Assembly (NCBI GenBank): GCA_038087875.1
Contig: CM075985.1
Span: 14,198,001-14,262,000, forward strand
DNA from: Malacoraja senta
Taxonomy: Eukaryota
Direction: 5' to 3'
DNA: 64,000 bases
Below the pieces are notes generated by a model. The model saw only the letters and a program-made list of their open reading frames with translations. It was not told where the DNA came from and searched no databases. Made by a program: the position numbers and the translations under genes. Shown here piece by piece: positions 62,043 to 64,000 of the stretch; within the stretch, counting starts at the first letter, position 1; every line of letters begins with the position of its first letter.

Positions 62043-64000
62043 TTTTTATTATATTTTTATTTTTTATTTATTAGAAGTACATTACATTACAACCACATAC
62101 ATTAGTACTCGTCACTTATATCTTCTTACAATTAATGTACTCCATTTGTTTTTTACACTAGTAAAAGGAGAGGATGAAATTGAAAGATGGAAGAAAGTGA
62201 AGGAAAAAGTGAGAGTGTAGAAAATGTGACAACAAGAAAGAATGAAGACCCTATAAGAACAAAATTAAAAACAAAAGAAAAAGAGTTAAGAAATAGACCC
62301 TAGAAAAGAAGGAGAAAGAGAAAGAGGAAAAAGAGAGAAACAAATAGTTTTTATGAGCATTACGCAAATGGGACATACCAACTCTCCAACTATCATCCCC
62401 CATTACCTGACCTCAATTTTTTTTAAGGTACCTTTGCACCCTATATTTGTAATAATTCTATAAATGCAGACCACGTCAGGTGGAAGTGATCTGGTTTACC
62501 TGCCAGGAGGAGTCTTATCTCTTCTAGGTGTAATGTTTCGAACATATTTGAAATCCACATGTTTATAGTTGGTATTGGAGCCTTCTTCCAAAATTTTAGG
62601 ATTAGCTTTTTTCCAGTTATTAACCCATAGTCTATTAGTTTCTTTTGAAACACATTTAGTTCTGCACCATCTTCCGTTATTCCGAAGATAATCCATTCTG
62701 CTTTGGGTATCAGTTTTATTTTAAATAATTTTGTAAAGATTTCGAAAATTTCATTCCAAAATTTTTGAATTTTTGTACAGAAAACAAATGAGTGCGCTAT
62801 AGTAGCTTCTTGGGATTGACATTTATCACAAATGGATGATACATTTGGGAACATTTTATGGATTTTAGTTTTGGAATAATATAATCTATAAAATTTTAAA
62901 TTGTATTAAAGTGTGTCTTACATTAATCGAACATTTATGCACGTTTAATAAGTGTTCGTTCCAACTTTCCTTTGAAATTTTAATAGCTAACTCTTGTTCC
63001 CAGTCTCTTCTGATACCCTCCGTAGATGGTATTTCTACATTTAAGATAATATTATACAAATATGATATTAAGTTTGCTGATTCAGCTTTAATCTGCATTG
63101 CCTCATCCAATACATCTGCTGGGCTATTATAATGATCTTTTGAATATTTTTTCAAATAGTCACATATTTGAAAATATTTAAAATATTGATTATTTCCGAG
63201 TTTATATTTTATTTGTAATTGTTGAAATGAAAGTAATTTTCCAGTTTCATACAAGTCACCGAACGTTTTAATTCCTAGTCTATCCCAATGTGTAAAAGAT
63301 TTATCTATAATAGAGGGATTAAACGAAGGGTTATTAACTATGGGTGATAAAAGTGATAAATTTCTTACTTTTAAATTTTGTTTTATTTGTTTCCAAATTC
63401 GGATTGTGCTATGAATAATTGGGTTCTTATTATAATTTATATTATTCAGTTTCATTGGTGAGAGGAGGATCGCTCCAATGTTTCCAGAGGAGCAATCCTC
63501 TTTCTCCATTACAATCCATTCCACTTGCTGGGCGGAGTTATCCATCAGTTGAATCATATTTTTAATATTTACTGACCAATAATAATACATGAAATTAGGT
63601 AGTGCTAAACCCCCTAATACTTTAGGTTTATTCAAGTGAGTTTTTTGTATTCTATGTGATTTATAGTCCCATATAAAATTAGTGATATCTGAGTCCAGTT
63701 TAAAAAAAAACTTCTTTGGTAAGTATATAGGAATCGATTGAAATAGGTATAAAATTTGTGGTAGAAAGATCATTTTTATTGCATTTATTCGGCCTATTAA
63801 AGACATCGGGAGCGTTTTCCAGAATTTAATTAGTGTGTTTAATTTATTAAGTAGGGAATCAAAATTTGCCTTAAACATACCTTGATATGTTCTAGTAATT
63901 TCGATTCCCAAGTATTTAAATTTTTCTGTAGCTATTTTAAAAGGGAATTTTAAAAGATGTGTTGAATCTTTCGGTTTTATTGACATAATTTCACTTTTAT
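62043..64000 (-). mobile_element. L1 LINE ORF2 C-terminal half and 3' UTR (continues beyond the window)
   Basis: FKYLGI, SLIGRINAIKM, GGLALPNF..YYW, CDKCQ..ATIAHSFVFC zinc knuckle; one frameshift near 62885; A-rich tail. Confidence 0.93.

Noticed and set aside
55825-64000. LRRC17, nested in an FBXL13 intron in mammals
   Set aside because: No leucine-rich-repeat coding sequence seen on either strand in this window.

Overview
Vertebrate genomic DNA, most likely a cartilaginous fish (skate/ray-like), inferred from its CR1 / Penelope / V-SINE repeat landscape. It has two assembly gaps (22156-22355, 53312-53472). Three host genes are recognisable, in the same arrangement as human 7q22.1: the last coding exon of NAPEPLD (+, 7638-7763), ARMC10 (-, exon 1 and the last three exons; the middle exons are not visible and probably lie in the gap), and, head-to-head with it, the first six coding exons of FBXL13/DRC6 (+). 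The introns are packed with mobile DNA: CR1, L2, L1 and Rex1-type LINEs, Penelope elements with minimal hammerhead ribozymes, a structurally complete DIRS1 element, several non-autonomous Helitrons, hAT MITEs and an AT-target TIR family. The most unusual structure is in FBXL13 intron 1 (about 31955-33883). An intronless, decayed thrombospondin-1/2 fragment (type-3 repeats with RGD plus the C-terminal domain) is fused in frame to a retroviral Env-like Trp-rich/transmembrane tail, followed directly by a polypurine tract and an LTR start (TGAAAGA). This looks like the fossil of a retrovirus that transduced a host thrombospondin mRNA. Its 3' end is also present as a ~95%-identical inverted copy.
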